DNA from: Chlorokybus atmophyticus | Taxonomy: Eukaryota; Plantae; Mesostigma and Chlorokybus algae | Length of the DNA stretch: 64,000 nucleotides | Assembly: GCA_009103225.1 (NCBI GenBank) | Contig: RHPI01003389.1 | Coordinates: 849,162 to 913,161, forward strand | Direction of reading: 5' to 3' | Part shown: positions 37,943 through 50,919 of the stretch, piece by piece | How the letters are laid out: every line of letters starts with the position of its first letter | Numbering within the stretch: the first letter of the stretch is position 1 | Program-made: the position numbers and the translations under genes | The notes under the pieces: generated by a model | Database searches by the model: none | Seen by the model: only the letters and a program-made list of their open reading frames with translations | Told to the model about the DNA's origin: nothing

Positions 37943-40183
37943 TGAAGCGCCTGGTCACAAGCTGATTAGCACGGTGGAGTAGTAGTAGTAGTAGTAGTAG
38001 TCACACGCACAAAACCACACTACAATGCCTAAAAACTCACAGCCGGGCCGTTGGCAGAGCCTGGCTGTCCCCACGCATTCAGATTGCTAGTCCTCTGCAA
38101 GTAACAGCACGGGGTACCGTATCAGTGCTGAAAATGCAGTGCATGGTCTTCACCACGTTCTGAGCGACTCAAAAACTGCCCGCATGCAGAACCTGGTCTA
38201 ATAATTACTACTTACGCAACCGCTTGCAGTTAACATGCAACACTACTTATGTATCCACAACACAAGCGCATACATCAAAGCCCATTGATGTACATGTACG
38301 TTGGTGAAGATGTTCAGCACGCTCTTCAGCCCGGTTTTACAAACTACACTCCAAGCAAGCGCCGGCAGCAGTAGCAGTAGTACCTGATGACGTCCCTTCC
38401 CACCGAAGCCTTGCGCGACCTGCCGCCGCACTTGTAGGGGAGGTTGCTAAGCCTGTAGAGTAAATGGGGGAGCAGCTGGCCTCAAGTACAAACGATGCCA
38501 CCCCCGTCAGCGATAACCCCCAGCACCGCCTCCGCCGCCGCCACCAGCGACTTTTCGCCTGATTGGCTGGGCGTCGCGCAGTGCGGTGTCCTAACAGAAC
38601 CGCGCTGGCGGGCATCGCACTGCGTCTGCTGGGGCCAGGCCATGCCAGGCCAGGCAGGCCAGGCAGGCCAGGTAGGCTGAGAGGCTGCCTGCGCTCAAAT
38701 TATGCTCTTGCCTAAGGATGTGCACGGAAGCCGGCTGACGACGGTGCGAAGGAGCTAGAGAAGGCGGGTGAAAGGGGTTGCTGCTGCCTGCTGCCTGCAA
38801 TGCTGTCGCGCTGCTGTAGGTAGTGTGCCCTGCATTTTGCGTGAATGTCGTCGGTCCTGGGTGAGCTTCAGGATTGTGCAAGACGCTGCGGGTACCTCTT
38901 ACCAGCATCGTAGTGGGCGACATTGGGGGCAAACGGGTCATCCGGCGTCGCAGCTGCTTTCACCCCTAACGACATTGTCATCATCCCATCTTCAATGTGC
39001 TGCAGCAAGCTTGACCGGGATCAGCGATTGAGTGCGCCAGCCTGCTTCAGAGGCCCTTGCTTGATCATGCGAGGATCGTGCCGGCTCCTACGTGCTGGTA
39101 AGTCGCAGTCTACTAAAGTTCGCCTTCGTTTCACTGACATGCATTCTGGACGCATCCTTAACAGCTGCATTCTGGTGATTGATGATCGTGCCTCATGCAT
39201 CCAAACAGGCTTACATTTTTTCTGGCCCTTGTCTCACACCTCACACTGTGTGATTTGTGAACATCCATGTTGTCTGTGCTACCTTGCTGAAGTTTGAGAA
39301 TGACATAGAGTGACCTTACGTGCCGTGTGTTCGGAGATTGTCAGTAGCCATGCGTCCTCCTCAAGTGATGAAAGCGTAAGGTGGCTGACAGCCGTGCACT
39401 TGCAAAAAGGAATGCGTGATACGCCATTGGCGAATGCGAAGGGATGGCAGGTGTGTATCACACAGCAGCTGGTTTGCATGTAGGCTGTGAGGCTGACTGC
39501 TTGTATGTTTTGTTACCTTTGCTCGTGTTCAGTGGCGATTGGCGATGGGTGAGAAAGCTCATGTCCGTTCCAAGTTGCCTGATATGTTAAGAAGATCGCA
39601 ACAGTCAGGTAGTAAACACAATGCTTACTATCTGTCTGGTCATGTAGTCAGATGCATTGTTGTGCTTTTGTCACGCAGTTGTTTGTCAAGCCATGCACTA
39701 AATGTGACTTGCGTTACAGATTGCAGTGCAACTGGCAATATTGGCCGCAAAGATTGCTCGATTTGACATCGCACATGAGCGGTATGTAACTCCATTCTGT
39801 TTTCTATTCACAGCGCCTGGCATAGCGTTGCCAGATGCGGGTTTTTGCGTACCTGGCAGAGGCCATATAGTTGTTAGTTAAGTGCGACTTCATAACACAA
39901 GCGGACATATTACTTTGCTGTGCGTTCGTGCCAATTATTTCCAACCCTTTTTAGTAAGCTGCAATGATCAGATGTTGCTCACAACTCGCGTACACCTGGC
40001 ACTGCACCACACTCTCAAAGAGATGACCTTTTATGAGAGTACATGGCAAGTGCAGTTTTCTGGTTTATAAGTAGCTATATTATTAATCATCGATCATAAT
40101 ATGGTTTATAGTGTCCAACATATATTATATAGCTCATACTCATGACATATGCGATGATGGTAAATGCTGGAGATCAAAAACAA

Positions 40184-40414
40184 TCACAAAATTTCTTCAT
40201 CATGCACGATGTAATATGGTACATGTTTTATACAGCCTACCTGGGCATAAAGCATAACAATATGTGGTATACATTTGATAGAACACCTCACAAATTTCTT
40301 ATTGCCGACCACAACCAAACGTGTGCACGAAGGACTCGTTTTATGGAAGGTCTTCTCCTTGCCGCAATGTGATGGGTGAGAAAAAGGCCTTTTAAAAAAC
40401 CATGCGGTGCACAT
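40184..40414 (-). mobile_element. Possible decayed LTR-retrotransposon integrase H2C2 fragment
   Basis: SHPSHCGKEKTFHK...KFVRCSIKC loosely resembles the H-x3-7-H-G-x-x-KT...FVxxCxxC zinc-binding motif. It lies in an AT-rich island and no other retro domains are visible. Confidence 0.3.
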
Positions 40415-41218
40415 TATGTGATAATGGCAATAAGTATATACACTCGTATGAAGGGTATCATGTTAAGCAGATTGCATCATTGAACATGCACTATCTTTAA
40501 AGCGCATAATACGCATGGCAGGGGGATTGCTTATGTACGATTAATTAGTATGAACTATGGCAAAATGTGCCATGTCGCATTACACATATAATAGACAGTG
40601 CGGTATGTAATATGGTACGGTCATGCTATAAACAATTAAACCGTCAAGACTTGAAACATGCCATCAGTTATTGCACATTACCTACTTCATGATTTACAGA
40701 CAAACACGCTGTTGCAACAAGTCACAATTTGCGACTCACACAAGCACTCTCATGCGGTTGCATAACGTGTGCAACCTATGCAGCATAAGGCAAAGCTGTC
40801 CGCATCATAATAAGCACTTGCAGCGCGCATCATCATCCTTTGAGTCCAGTCCACGTGTACACCCCCCCCGCAAGATTGCCCGACGTCAGCCTCGTCTGAT
40901 TCAGATCTCTGACAAGGGACCCCTTTGCTTCAGTCTGATTCATTGTTGGGTCCTACTACTACTACTTCACCCACCGTACTGCGCTCAAAGTCATTCACGT
41001 AGGCGTGCTTGTCGCTGTCGCCGTTGCCGTCGCCACTGCTGTTGTCGTGGTCTCTCAAGGCGTGCTGTCGGGTGTTTTCCATTGCACGGAGGTTGAGGGT
41101 TTGGGCGGCGGCGGCGGCGGCGGGCGAGGAGGGAGTGGGAACAAGGGAGGGAGCTCTTGCACAGCTCCGTTGCTAGTGCAGAAGGTAGCGGAGGAGTTGG
41201 AGCAGCAGGGTTGCAGCC

Positions 41219-43085
41219 ATGGCTTGGCGGACGCTCCATCAGGTGTACAACAAGGGCGGCCCCATCGGCCGCCTTGTGCACAACAAGTCTGCGGTCGCCG
41301 CCAAGGGCAGGGACAATGCCGAGGTGTGTGGGATATGCATGGCTTCATAGCCTGTTAGACGTGCGCTTGCTTGCTTGATGTTAGCTGTGCGTTGTGTGTG
41401 AGCAGCCCGCTTAGGGTTAGGTTAAGGGTCAGGACTTTGAACTGGGATGCCGTGGGGTCTTCAGTCGCTCTGCTTGCTTGCATGTCCGGTAGTTGTTGAA
41501 AGCGACAGAGAAACGCTCCAAGTAGTTGCGCATTAGGAGATCAGTGTGCGGTATGGCGCAGCTTTATTTCTGTAGTAATGATCAACTGACTGAGTCACTT
41601 CCATGCTTAGATGTCGGCAATGAGAGCTTCTGGTGTTCGTGCGTACTTAACTGAATGTGTAACTGTACTTATGCCTCTGATTACCTGTTGTTGTCACAAC
41701 AACAGAAATACTTGCTTGTTGGAGCGGTGGGCGCCATCTTCTGCTTTGCCGGTTATCAGCTGTCGCATTACGGTGTATCACATCCTGACGTGAGGTGCGT
41801 ACTATCGTATATATATATATATATATANNNNNNNNNNNNNNNNNNNNNNNNNNNNNNNNNNNNNNNNNNNNNNNNNNNNNNNNNNNNNNNNNNNNNNNNN
41901 NNNNNNNNNNNNNNNNNNNNNNNNNNNNNNNNNNNNNNNNNNNNNNNNNNNNNNNNNNNNNNNNNNNNNNNNNNNNNNNNNNNNNNNNNNNNNNNNNNNN
42001 NNNNNNNNNNNNNNNNNNNNNNNNNNNNNNNNNNNNNNNNNNNNNNNNNNNNNNNNNNNNNNNNNNNNNNNNNNNNNNNNNNNNNNNNNNNNNNNNNNNN
42101 NNNNNNNNNNNNNNNNNNNNNNNNNNNNNNNNNNNNNNNNNNNNNNNNNNNNNNNNNNNNNNNNNNNNNNNNNNNNNNNNNNNNNNNNNNNNNNNNNNNN
42201 NNNNNNNNNNNNNNNNNNNNNNNNNNNNNNNNNNNNNNNNNNNNNNNNNNNNNNNNNNNNNNNNNNNNNNNNNNNNNNNNNNNNNNNNNNNNNNNNNNNN
42301 NNNNNNNNNNNNNNNNNNNNNNNNNNNNNNNNNNNNNNNNNNNNNNNNNNNNNNNNNNNNNNNNNNNNNNNNNNNNNNNNNNNNNNNNNNNNNNNNNNNN
42401 NNNNNNNNNNNNNNNNNNNNNNNNNNNNNNNNNNNNNNNNNNNNNNNNNNNNNNNNNNNNNNNNNNNNNNNNNNNNNNNNNNNNNNNNNNNNNNNNNNNN
42501 NNNNNNNNNNNNNNNNNNNNNNNATATATATATAGCAACCACACAAGTTGGCACGCATGTGTTGAAGTAGTATCAACAGACTGTGTTGTTTCCGCAGGGT
42601 AAATAAGGAAGCGAGGAAGGATGATGACGTGTCCAACCAGTATAACGATTACAAAGAGGATGCTGAAGCGCATGGTGCCTCCCCACTTAAGCAAGTCATG
42701 AAGGTCAGTGAAAGAGTGATACATGTGTTTTGGCCCTATCCTGACAATCTTACGAAACAGCCAGTCGTAAGATATGCTACGAATGCAGACACAAGTAAGG
42801 GGTTGCACAACTGGTCAATCAGAACCCAACATTGCAGCACTGTACGTGTGTACACGCAGTTGCACATAGACACGTATACCCAGTTAACTCGTCACATGTG
42901 CAACAGTTGTTGTTACTTGGTATCGCGGTTTTACTATATGTTGTTGGTTTGTTGTGAATGTGCAGAAAGCCAAGGATTTGTCAGATGCAAGGTGGGAGGG
43001 TCCCGGGGCGCATCTTTCGGGCGGGAAACACCCCATTGAGAATGACACGCAGGGCCGTGCACTTGGTCATGGCAGCAACCAGTAG
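41219..43085 (+). CDS. B12D / NDUFA4 (MLRQ)-like mitochondrial membrane protein, copy 1 (about 160 aa)
   Basis: Exon 1 MAWRTLHQ...DNAE; exon 2 (41706-41794) KYLLVGAVGAIFCFAGYQLSHYGVSHPDVR; exon 3 VNKEARK...; probable last exon KAKDLSDARWEG...GSNQ*. TM followed by PDVRVNKE is the family signature. The last exon choice is less certain. Confidence 0.75.
41808..42533. repeat. (TA)n microsatellite spanning an assembly gap (41828-42523)
   Basis: TA repeats on both sides of the N-run, inside intron 2 of B12D copy 1. Confidence 0.95.
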
Positions 43086-43833
43086 CAACTGCGCAGTGTA
43101 GCGTAGTGTAGTGGCGGTCTCTCTTGCTGCTCATTGTTTATATAGCGCCAGCATGTACTAATGCTTCCCCTTTTTCGGCTTCCGGGTAGTTGTGATGTGG
43201 ATCAGTTTGTACAGTAGTTGTAGCAAGAAACCAGAACCCCTTCCTCTGTACGGGTAATACACTACAGTGTTGTTGCTATTGAGTTGTTGAGTAAGATCTT
43301 TGTTGTGTATCACATTGCAGAACTGGCGTTGGTTTTTGCAGTGTTGATGTCTTGTTGCCTAACAACACACGCTCTGCCACCACAGCGTTGGTTGTGCACG
43401 GCAACCATGTATCATCCAACTGCCACACGTTGTAAAGTGACGCGACTTTACGCAGATGACGAGATCCGCATGTAACCGGAAGCGAAGCATGAACGGGCAT
43501 GAGGAGTGCCGATAGAGTCCATTCAATTTAGGGGGAAAGACAGGGATACCCATCACATTATGACAGGTTAAGCGCTATTCAGTTCTGCATCTGTCAAACA
43601 CAAATTGTAAGTTTGATAGCTGTCGTCCTGCCTGTCACTCTGCACACCACTTTCCTGTCACTACTGTGCCAGGCAGAGTGACGGAGATACACACTGTTGG
43701 GCATGGGGATACCCTGTGCACGTCACAACAACAATGCACCCGAGAGTAATAACGAGGTACAAGAACAACGCAGTAAAATCTCTTTCTCTCAGTTGTGTTT
43801 CATGCCTTGGCTGGGTGCGCGGGAAGAGAGGAC

Positions 43834-43948
43834 ATGGAGGCGTCTTCGTTAGCCCGCCCCTTGCGCGCAGCGGTGAGGACACTCAAAGCCGGCTTCCGCA
43901 ACGCTGCGGACTTCCCAGAGGTCAGGGACTTGGTCTGTGTGCTTGACT

Positions 43949-43995
<47 letters not shown>

Positions 43996-44926
43996 GTGCA
44001 CATGCATCCCTGCCCACAGTCAAGCGGCTTCAGCTCCCCTCCTGTGTGTGGTTCCGTTTTGTATGTGTCTGGTTGTCGGCTGCTGCTGGGTGTACGTGTT
44101 GTTGTTTACTGTGCATGCGCCATGAGCACCATGCATGCATGAGACTGGCTGTCCACCGCACATTACCTTCTCTTGCTTGCATGAACAGGCAGGTCTGAGC
44201 TCAAGTCAGTGGGTTACCCAACCTGAGCTGCAATTAGTTGGATGTGTTCCCTAATAATCAACGAGTTTTGTATAGTGCATGCAAATATACGGTGATAGTG
44301 AGCCACATGTCTGTCTTGTTGTTGTGGTTGCTAAGTTATTTATGCCATAGCCTGAAATGACTTCGTGTGCAGGCGGCTTGGCTCGCCGGAGGCGTGGCCG
44401 CAGCGGCCAGTCTGGGCTTGTACATGGGGATGCGCCAGCTGGCGCTCAACCCGGACGTGCGGTAAGAGACACAACGACACATGATGGTTGTTGTTATTGG
44501 TTGGTGACACACGCACAGGGTACGAATGCGCATGCACAAGGTGCACACGCAGACACATGCAAAGGATTGCACACATGCACACATGACTGCGAGCATACAC
44601 GCACGCATGCACATTGTAGTTGTATCCGAAACACGCCCATTGGCAGTCTGGACAAGAAGAGGCGGCAAGCTGACATCACAGAGCAGTACCATGTGCACGA
44701 GTCCGTCTCGTGGGCCACAGCAGGCTTCCGCAAGGCCGTGCGGGTGCGTGTTTTGTTTCCACCATCATCAGATCATCACAACAGTGTGACTGAGAGAAGT
44801 GCAACTTGTTCTTTGCAGACTCTGCGTGATGCTGTGTGGGGTCTGGAGGACACCAAGCTGGAGTTTCAGCCAGATAACAAGGTGTATCGCCGCCCGCCTC
44901 GCCCTTACTGCGGCTCCACCTGCTGA
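43834..44926 (+). CDS. B12D / NDUFA4-like protein, copy 2 (about 126 aa)
   Basis: MEASSLARPL...DFPE / AAWLAGGVAAAASLGLYMGMRQLALNPDVR (44373-44461) / LDKKRRQADITEQY...FRKAVR / TLRDAVWG...GSTC*. All junctions are in phase. Confidence 0.7.
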
Positions 44927-45844
44927 CCTAGGCATCAGAGAGTAAGGCTAGTCATCAACTTCCGGTTGGTGTGAGGATATGGTTGCCGGGGCGGGTGGAC
45001 GTCATGAGGCTCACGAGTGTAGCAGCTTTATGGACTGTACGGCAGGGTTAATCAGGGACCATACCATTGCAGGACTGAAGTGGTATGATTCCTGTTGTAT
45101 ATACTGGTTGCCCAGGGAGTAGATACAGAAAGGGTAATCTGCACACTGTTTAATGTCAGCAACGTGTGCATCATCATTCAATACGAGAGAGAACAGAATG
45201 GTCGTTTCTACAAACCATGGAGTTATGTGCATTACAGTGCTCGTCATTGGCAGCAAGGTCACCCTTGCCATTGCAGTGATGACGCTGCACAGTGCCAGTG
45301 CTATACGCGGCGTACACCATTCTGCACCCCTTTTGCAGCACAACACGCGTTGGTGTTTCCAGAGCTAACCACCTCACCCGAGCACAACACACCTGTATAC
45401 ATTTGTTGAGCAACTAACCTCGGTCGCGGGGTGCACAACTTGCAAACATTGCATTTGTACAGGATATGCGCGAGACAATGTGTAAGACAGTGTCGTTGGC
45501 TGTGCAGCAAGGATAAAAGCAACGAGTAACTCGACGCCACCAAGTGCAGATGGGTTGCAACACTGTGTCAAGCGCTCGCTGCATAATGCTTACCACGCCA
45601 GTATCAGAATAGCATCCATGTGTGGGACAAATGCCAGTAATGCAATGACTCTACAGAGATGTAGAGGGCATACAACGATTGCATAACTACTCCAGAAAAC
45701 CAACACCATCACGCTGAGGCAAGTCCGTCAGTAGACACTGCAACGAGCGCTATCGGCAGGACATCCACTGCATATAAACACTAACACAACGCTTGCCAAG
45801 ACACATATGTACCAAGACCAGCCCACCAAGCCACACTACGCAAG

Positions 45845-47633
45845 TCAAAAAACATCAGGGTGGAACCGGTTTGGAATGTTGCTGTTTTGCGACTGCGCCT
45901 GCTTCAAATGCATTGCTAGCGCATAGTTGCTGATCTGCACGCCACCAGGAGGTTAGCACAAGCTCCCCATCACGCCAACAACATGATTCCAGTATGCTCC
46001 TCAATGCATTTGCCTCACGGACCTCTGCATGCTTCAAACGCTCCTGAAACTGTACAACCGCCTGTCGCAGCTCTGCAAGCTCCCGCTCCTTCTCAGCATG
46101 TTCCTGTTGTTGAAACAAGGTAGCTTGTGATGCAGTGCACAGCCACAACTTCGTCCCTCAGGAATAGCTGAGTGCGCGACATCATCATACCTGCTGTCGT
46201 GCATTCTGTATTGCAACAGCCCGCTTGAGGATGTGGTTGTCTTTGATCATCTGCGCAAGCTGCGCACGCAGTTGCAAGAATTCCTGCACAACAACAAGTT
46301 ATAAGACATAAAACATTTCAACTGTGTCATCACAAGCACACAAGTTCTGCACACCTTTCGCGCCGCAGCTCCAACGTGTTCTCTCATAAACTGTTCAAAG
46401 CGTTCGAGTATGCGGCTGGCCCGTGCGCGCGCATCCTGCATATCGGTCGCAGCCGCCATCTCCTGAACAACTATTTCTACCCACTCTGCACCCTCTAACG
46501 GCCTTGCTGCACCACAGAGACAAAGAGTAAGAGACAAACCACAACCAAGACAAGCAACAAACAGTCGGGTAGAAGTACTCACTTTGCTCAGATGCAGCAG
46601 CTGAGGCTGCCGCGTCTGAAGCCTCTTGTGCACGCACACTAGCTTGCTGTATGAGCTCATCTGCTGCTGAAGCAGCCGCAATCTCTACAGTGCAAAGTCA
46701 TTGTTAGCGCATTTAAGTCAATGTTAGCAAATCAATAAGCAACTAGACGACTTCACAACGCTGTAAACATCTGAGAGACAATGTGTATCACCTGCGTGGG
46801 TGGCAGGAGCAGAGGAGCTGTTGTTGGTACCACCAGGCGGTGGTGTGCCAACAGACAGGCGCAAGCTTGTCAGTCTGTGGATGGCTTCGTCAATGTTGTT
46901 CTCACAAGACTCCAAGACTTGCGCCACAACCTACGACAGACGAGAGAGTAGGCACATGGCAATGTTGGCCGACCGACACTAACCGAAACTTGTGTCCACA
47001 GCAGCCCGGTCAATAAACTGTGTGTGATTCTGTTTGTGAGCGCAACCATTGAGAGTGCAACCCACAGGACCACAACTCATGCGATAGCTCTAAACAGAAC
47101 ACCCTGAGCGCAAATACCACACCGTCTCACATCCAAAATCCATGCACACGTAAATTGGATAGGCGTAGTGGATGCTGAGGCATTTTAATCATGACAATGT
47201 GAACATGATGAACACACTACTTGAGTAAAAAGCAGCTTTACAGTCGTACGTAAAATGCGCATCAGGCTCAAGCGAAAACCCATGAGCACAGATGACGCGC
47301 ATAGTGCAGCACAGTGATGAATTGCAGCAGCCACCTGGAAAGTCTCTAGAAGAAGGAAACAGCATTGTTAGCAAACAAGCAGTGCCAGGCGCAGCTTACC
47401 GCAGGATCCATGTCAGGAAAGAGGGTGCGGAGGTGGGCGAGGGGATCCGCGGTGGCAGGAGGGGTGGGGAGGCGGGCGGGCAGCGGAGGAGGCGGCGGCA
47501 GGGCGTGGCGCCGCAGGCGCTTGGCGTGGCCCAGCGACGGGCTGCCGGCGGTGTGACTGCTGGCACTGGCCTGGTCGTCCACACCTCCTCCAGCCAGAAA
47601 GTGCGTCCGCTTGCCCAGCACTACCGCAGACAT
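45845..47633 (-). CDS. CUE-domain ubiquitin-system protein (plant At5g32440-like)
   Basis: MSAVVLGKR...LRTLFPDMDPAVVAQVLESCENNIDEAIHRLTSLRL, GAEWVEIVVQEM...DARARASRILE, NHILKRAVAIQ, NYALAMHLKQA...FHPDVF*. Confidence 0.85.
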
Positions 47634-48173
47634 CTGGCCGTGCGGCCCCCTGAGCGGCGTCAACAGACGCCAGCTGGCATCTACACCCACCCTAACTCCT
47701 GCCACCGCACACACCCTCCGCAGCTCAGTGCAGAGAGGAACAACACCTACAACCACACGGACGACTACGACCACCGCACCCACCACAATCCCTTACACCG
47801 CCTCCTCAAACAAACCCTAGCAACCAGCAATGCAACTTCCTCCCCACGCCGATCGCCTCACAAAGACATACGTCGCAAAAGCGACTCCAGCCCGGCACTG
47901 ACTACTCTCCTTTTCGATGCGCCAAACAACCTCCGCCACGCCGCCTCCTCCGCCGCCACCGCCGCCGCCGCCGCCGCCGCCCACCGCCACGCCCGCCCAA
48001 AACTATGGACGTCTCTGTAAGTTTTGAAACATCTCTTTCTAACGTTGCCAACAGCAGGTGTTGCAGATGTGTACTGGCGTCGTTGAAAGGCAAACTTTGG
48101 GTCGTAAGTTGTGACTCTGTGGCAAGAAGTTTCAAACCCTCAGCCCTAGCTGACAAAGTGCCACGTGGATATC
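47634..48173. promoter_or_regulatory. Bidirectional promoter between the CUE gene and TatC, containing a telo-box
   Basis: Divergent ATGs are 540 bp apart; AAACCCTA at 47812-47819; GCC-rich 5'UTR tracts. Confidence 0.5.
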
Positions 48174-50095
48174 ATGGCGGCGGCGGCGGCGGTGGTGGTG
48201 GCGATGGGGGCAGGGACGGTGGTGTCGGGCTTGTCGGTGGCCAGGTCTGCTGCGCATAGGGCGGCTGCGAGGCCTGCTGCTGCGGCGGCTGTTGCGCCGA
48301 GCGGGTCTGTAAGGGAGGGGCGGAGGAGGCGGCCGCAGGGCCTGGGACTTGGGCTTGGGATTGAGGCAGAAGCCAGGAGGGCTCGCCAGCGCTTCCGTGT
48401 GGCCCCTTTGAGATGTGCACTAAATGAGGAACAGAACCAGCGCAGCGCAGAGTCAGGTAAGACTTGTTGCACGGCCACCTGCTGCAGCTACTCTAGAGCT
48501 GCATTTTCTTTAGGGTGACCTGCACCTCTGTGGGCGTCTCACTGTTTCAGATGCCTTTGACTGCAACCTGAGCATGCATGCTTGATATTCTGTCACACAA
48601 AGCAGAAATGTAGCACCCTGCCATGTATGCCTCATTCTGTTGGGTTTCCTTTCAGCAATTGCTGTTGGTTGCATGTGACTTGGGCTTGGCAATGCTCGCA
48701 CGAAATGTTACAATCACGCAGATGCTTCTCGGGTGAGCTCTTCAACACGCACACTCGACCCCGAACTGCAACGTGATAAGAGCGGAGCGTGGAGTTACGG
48801 TGATAGCAGCTACGGGTCGGACGAAGATGACGCCCTGGAAAAAAGCAAACTGCAGTCCATCCTATATCCCGACCCTTCTGGTATGCACACAGCATCAGTA
48901 ACCAATTTGCTTGCAGTGATGTGCATGTGTGTACGTGCGCATACCGGCGAGAGTGTAAAGTTGATTGTCTCCCAGTAGGCAAGTCGCCAAGTTGTAACTG
49001 AGTTGCTATGCGCGTGCACGTGTGCATAGTACTGTTGAAGGTCTGCACGGACTGCCTGCCATGGTAGTCAAGCTGGGTGTGTTCGGCCAAGAACAGCTGA
49101 TAAACTTTGCCAGTGGTCTTACTGTCTGCATGCATGCAGAGCTGCCTGATGATAAAGAAATGCCTATTTGGGAGCATTTGGAAGAGCTGAGGACAAGGAT
49201 ACTGGTCTCTGTCGCTGGCGTGGGAGCGTGCATACTCGGTTGCTTCTGCTTCGCCAAGGAGCTGATCCTCTTCTTGGAGCAACCGGTGGCCTCAACAGGG
49301 GTGCGGTTCCTTCAGCTTGGGCCCGGAGAGTTCTTCTTTACAACCCTCAAGGTGGGTGCTGAACATCCTTTGCACAAAGATGAGGTCCGAGCCTTTCTTG
49401 TAGGCAACATGACATACACAGCGGACCTTACATAATGGTCATGTCAGGTGTCCGGCTATGCGGGCCTGTTGATAGGCAGCCCGCTGATCCTGTATGAGAT
49501 TGTAGCATTCGTGTTGCCCGGTTTGACACGAGCCGAGCGGAAGTTTTTGGCACCGATTGTGTTCGGGTCTTCCATCCTGTTCTATCTTGGTCTTTCCTTC
49601 TCGTACGCTGTCCTCACACCGGCGGCCCTCAACTTCTTCGTGAGCTACTCTGCTGGCGCTGTGGAGTCCATATGGTCCATCGACCAGTACTTTGAGTTCG
49701 TCCTTGTGCTCATGTTCAGCACGGGACTCGCCTTCCAGGTACACACCACTGAAGTAAACAACAACCAATTGTGATATTAGCCGCATGCTTGCTGAATCAA
49801 ATCAATTATGTTGTCTAGAACCAACCTCACCACTCTGTGCGTGTGCGTGGGAATGTGTGTGCAGGTGCCGGTGATTCAGGTGTTGTTGGGTCAGTTGGGT
49901 TTGGTCAGTTCAAAGCAGATGTTCTCCATTTGGCGCTACGTTATAGTGGGTGCGGCAATCGTGGCGGCAGTGTTGACGCCGTCCACTGATCCCCTCACGC
50001 AGACGCTGCTAGCCGTTCCGCTGGCCGGCCTCTACTTCACTGGCGCCACGTTCGTGAGGTGGATAGAGCCAAAGGAACCTTCGATTGAAGTTTAG
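48174..50095 (+). CDS. tatC: Chloroplast twin-arginine translocase subunit TatC
   Basis: Ala/Arg-rich transit peptide; [73 protein letters not shown]. Confidence 0.95.
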
Positions 50096-50641
50096 GCACC
50101 AATAGTAGGTCTGCGCAGGTAGTTGTAGGTTATGTATTTTTGCGTGGTTTTGCTGTTCATAGAGACCTGGTATTATGCTGTAACACAATGTACGCTTTGC
50201 ATGCAAGGAGCAATCATACATGACAAATTGGCAGTGACAGTCGGTGGCGGTATCATCGTGTGCAGTTGTTTGATTGTCATTGTTAAGTACGCTTGCTACA
50301 ATTTGACTTTTTCAAGCGACGCTGCTTGAAGTAACCTTTGAACCTTTGAAGTTGCGGAAAATGAGCATGACGTATATGTTCCCGGTTGAGTACCATTGCA
50401 TAGTTTACTTTTCAGTGTAAGAATATGCGATACAGCTTGCACTTCTTAAGCACAGTGCCTGAGTGTAGCATAAGAACATGCGCTTGTGTAATGGAGGAAT
50501 ACCTTGCTCGCAGTCTAACATCCCTAGAAAAGTGCAAGCGCGTTCACTCACCGTCACATAGCTTTATTGGTAGCTGCAGAAATGTCTGGAGTCAATACCG
50601 CTCTCTATTCCCAATCTGCGTATTTGAACTCTGTCCATTCT

Positions 50642-50919
<278 letters not shown>

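Noticed and set aside
41647-42808. Long ORFs of about 250-350 aa
   Set aside because: Artefacts of the N gap and the (TA)n repeat.
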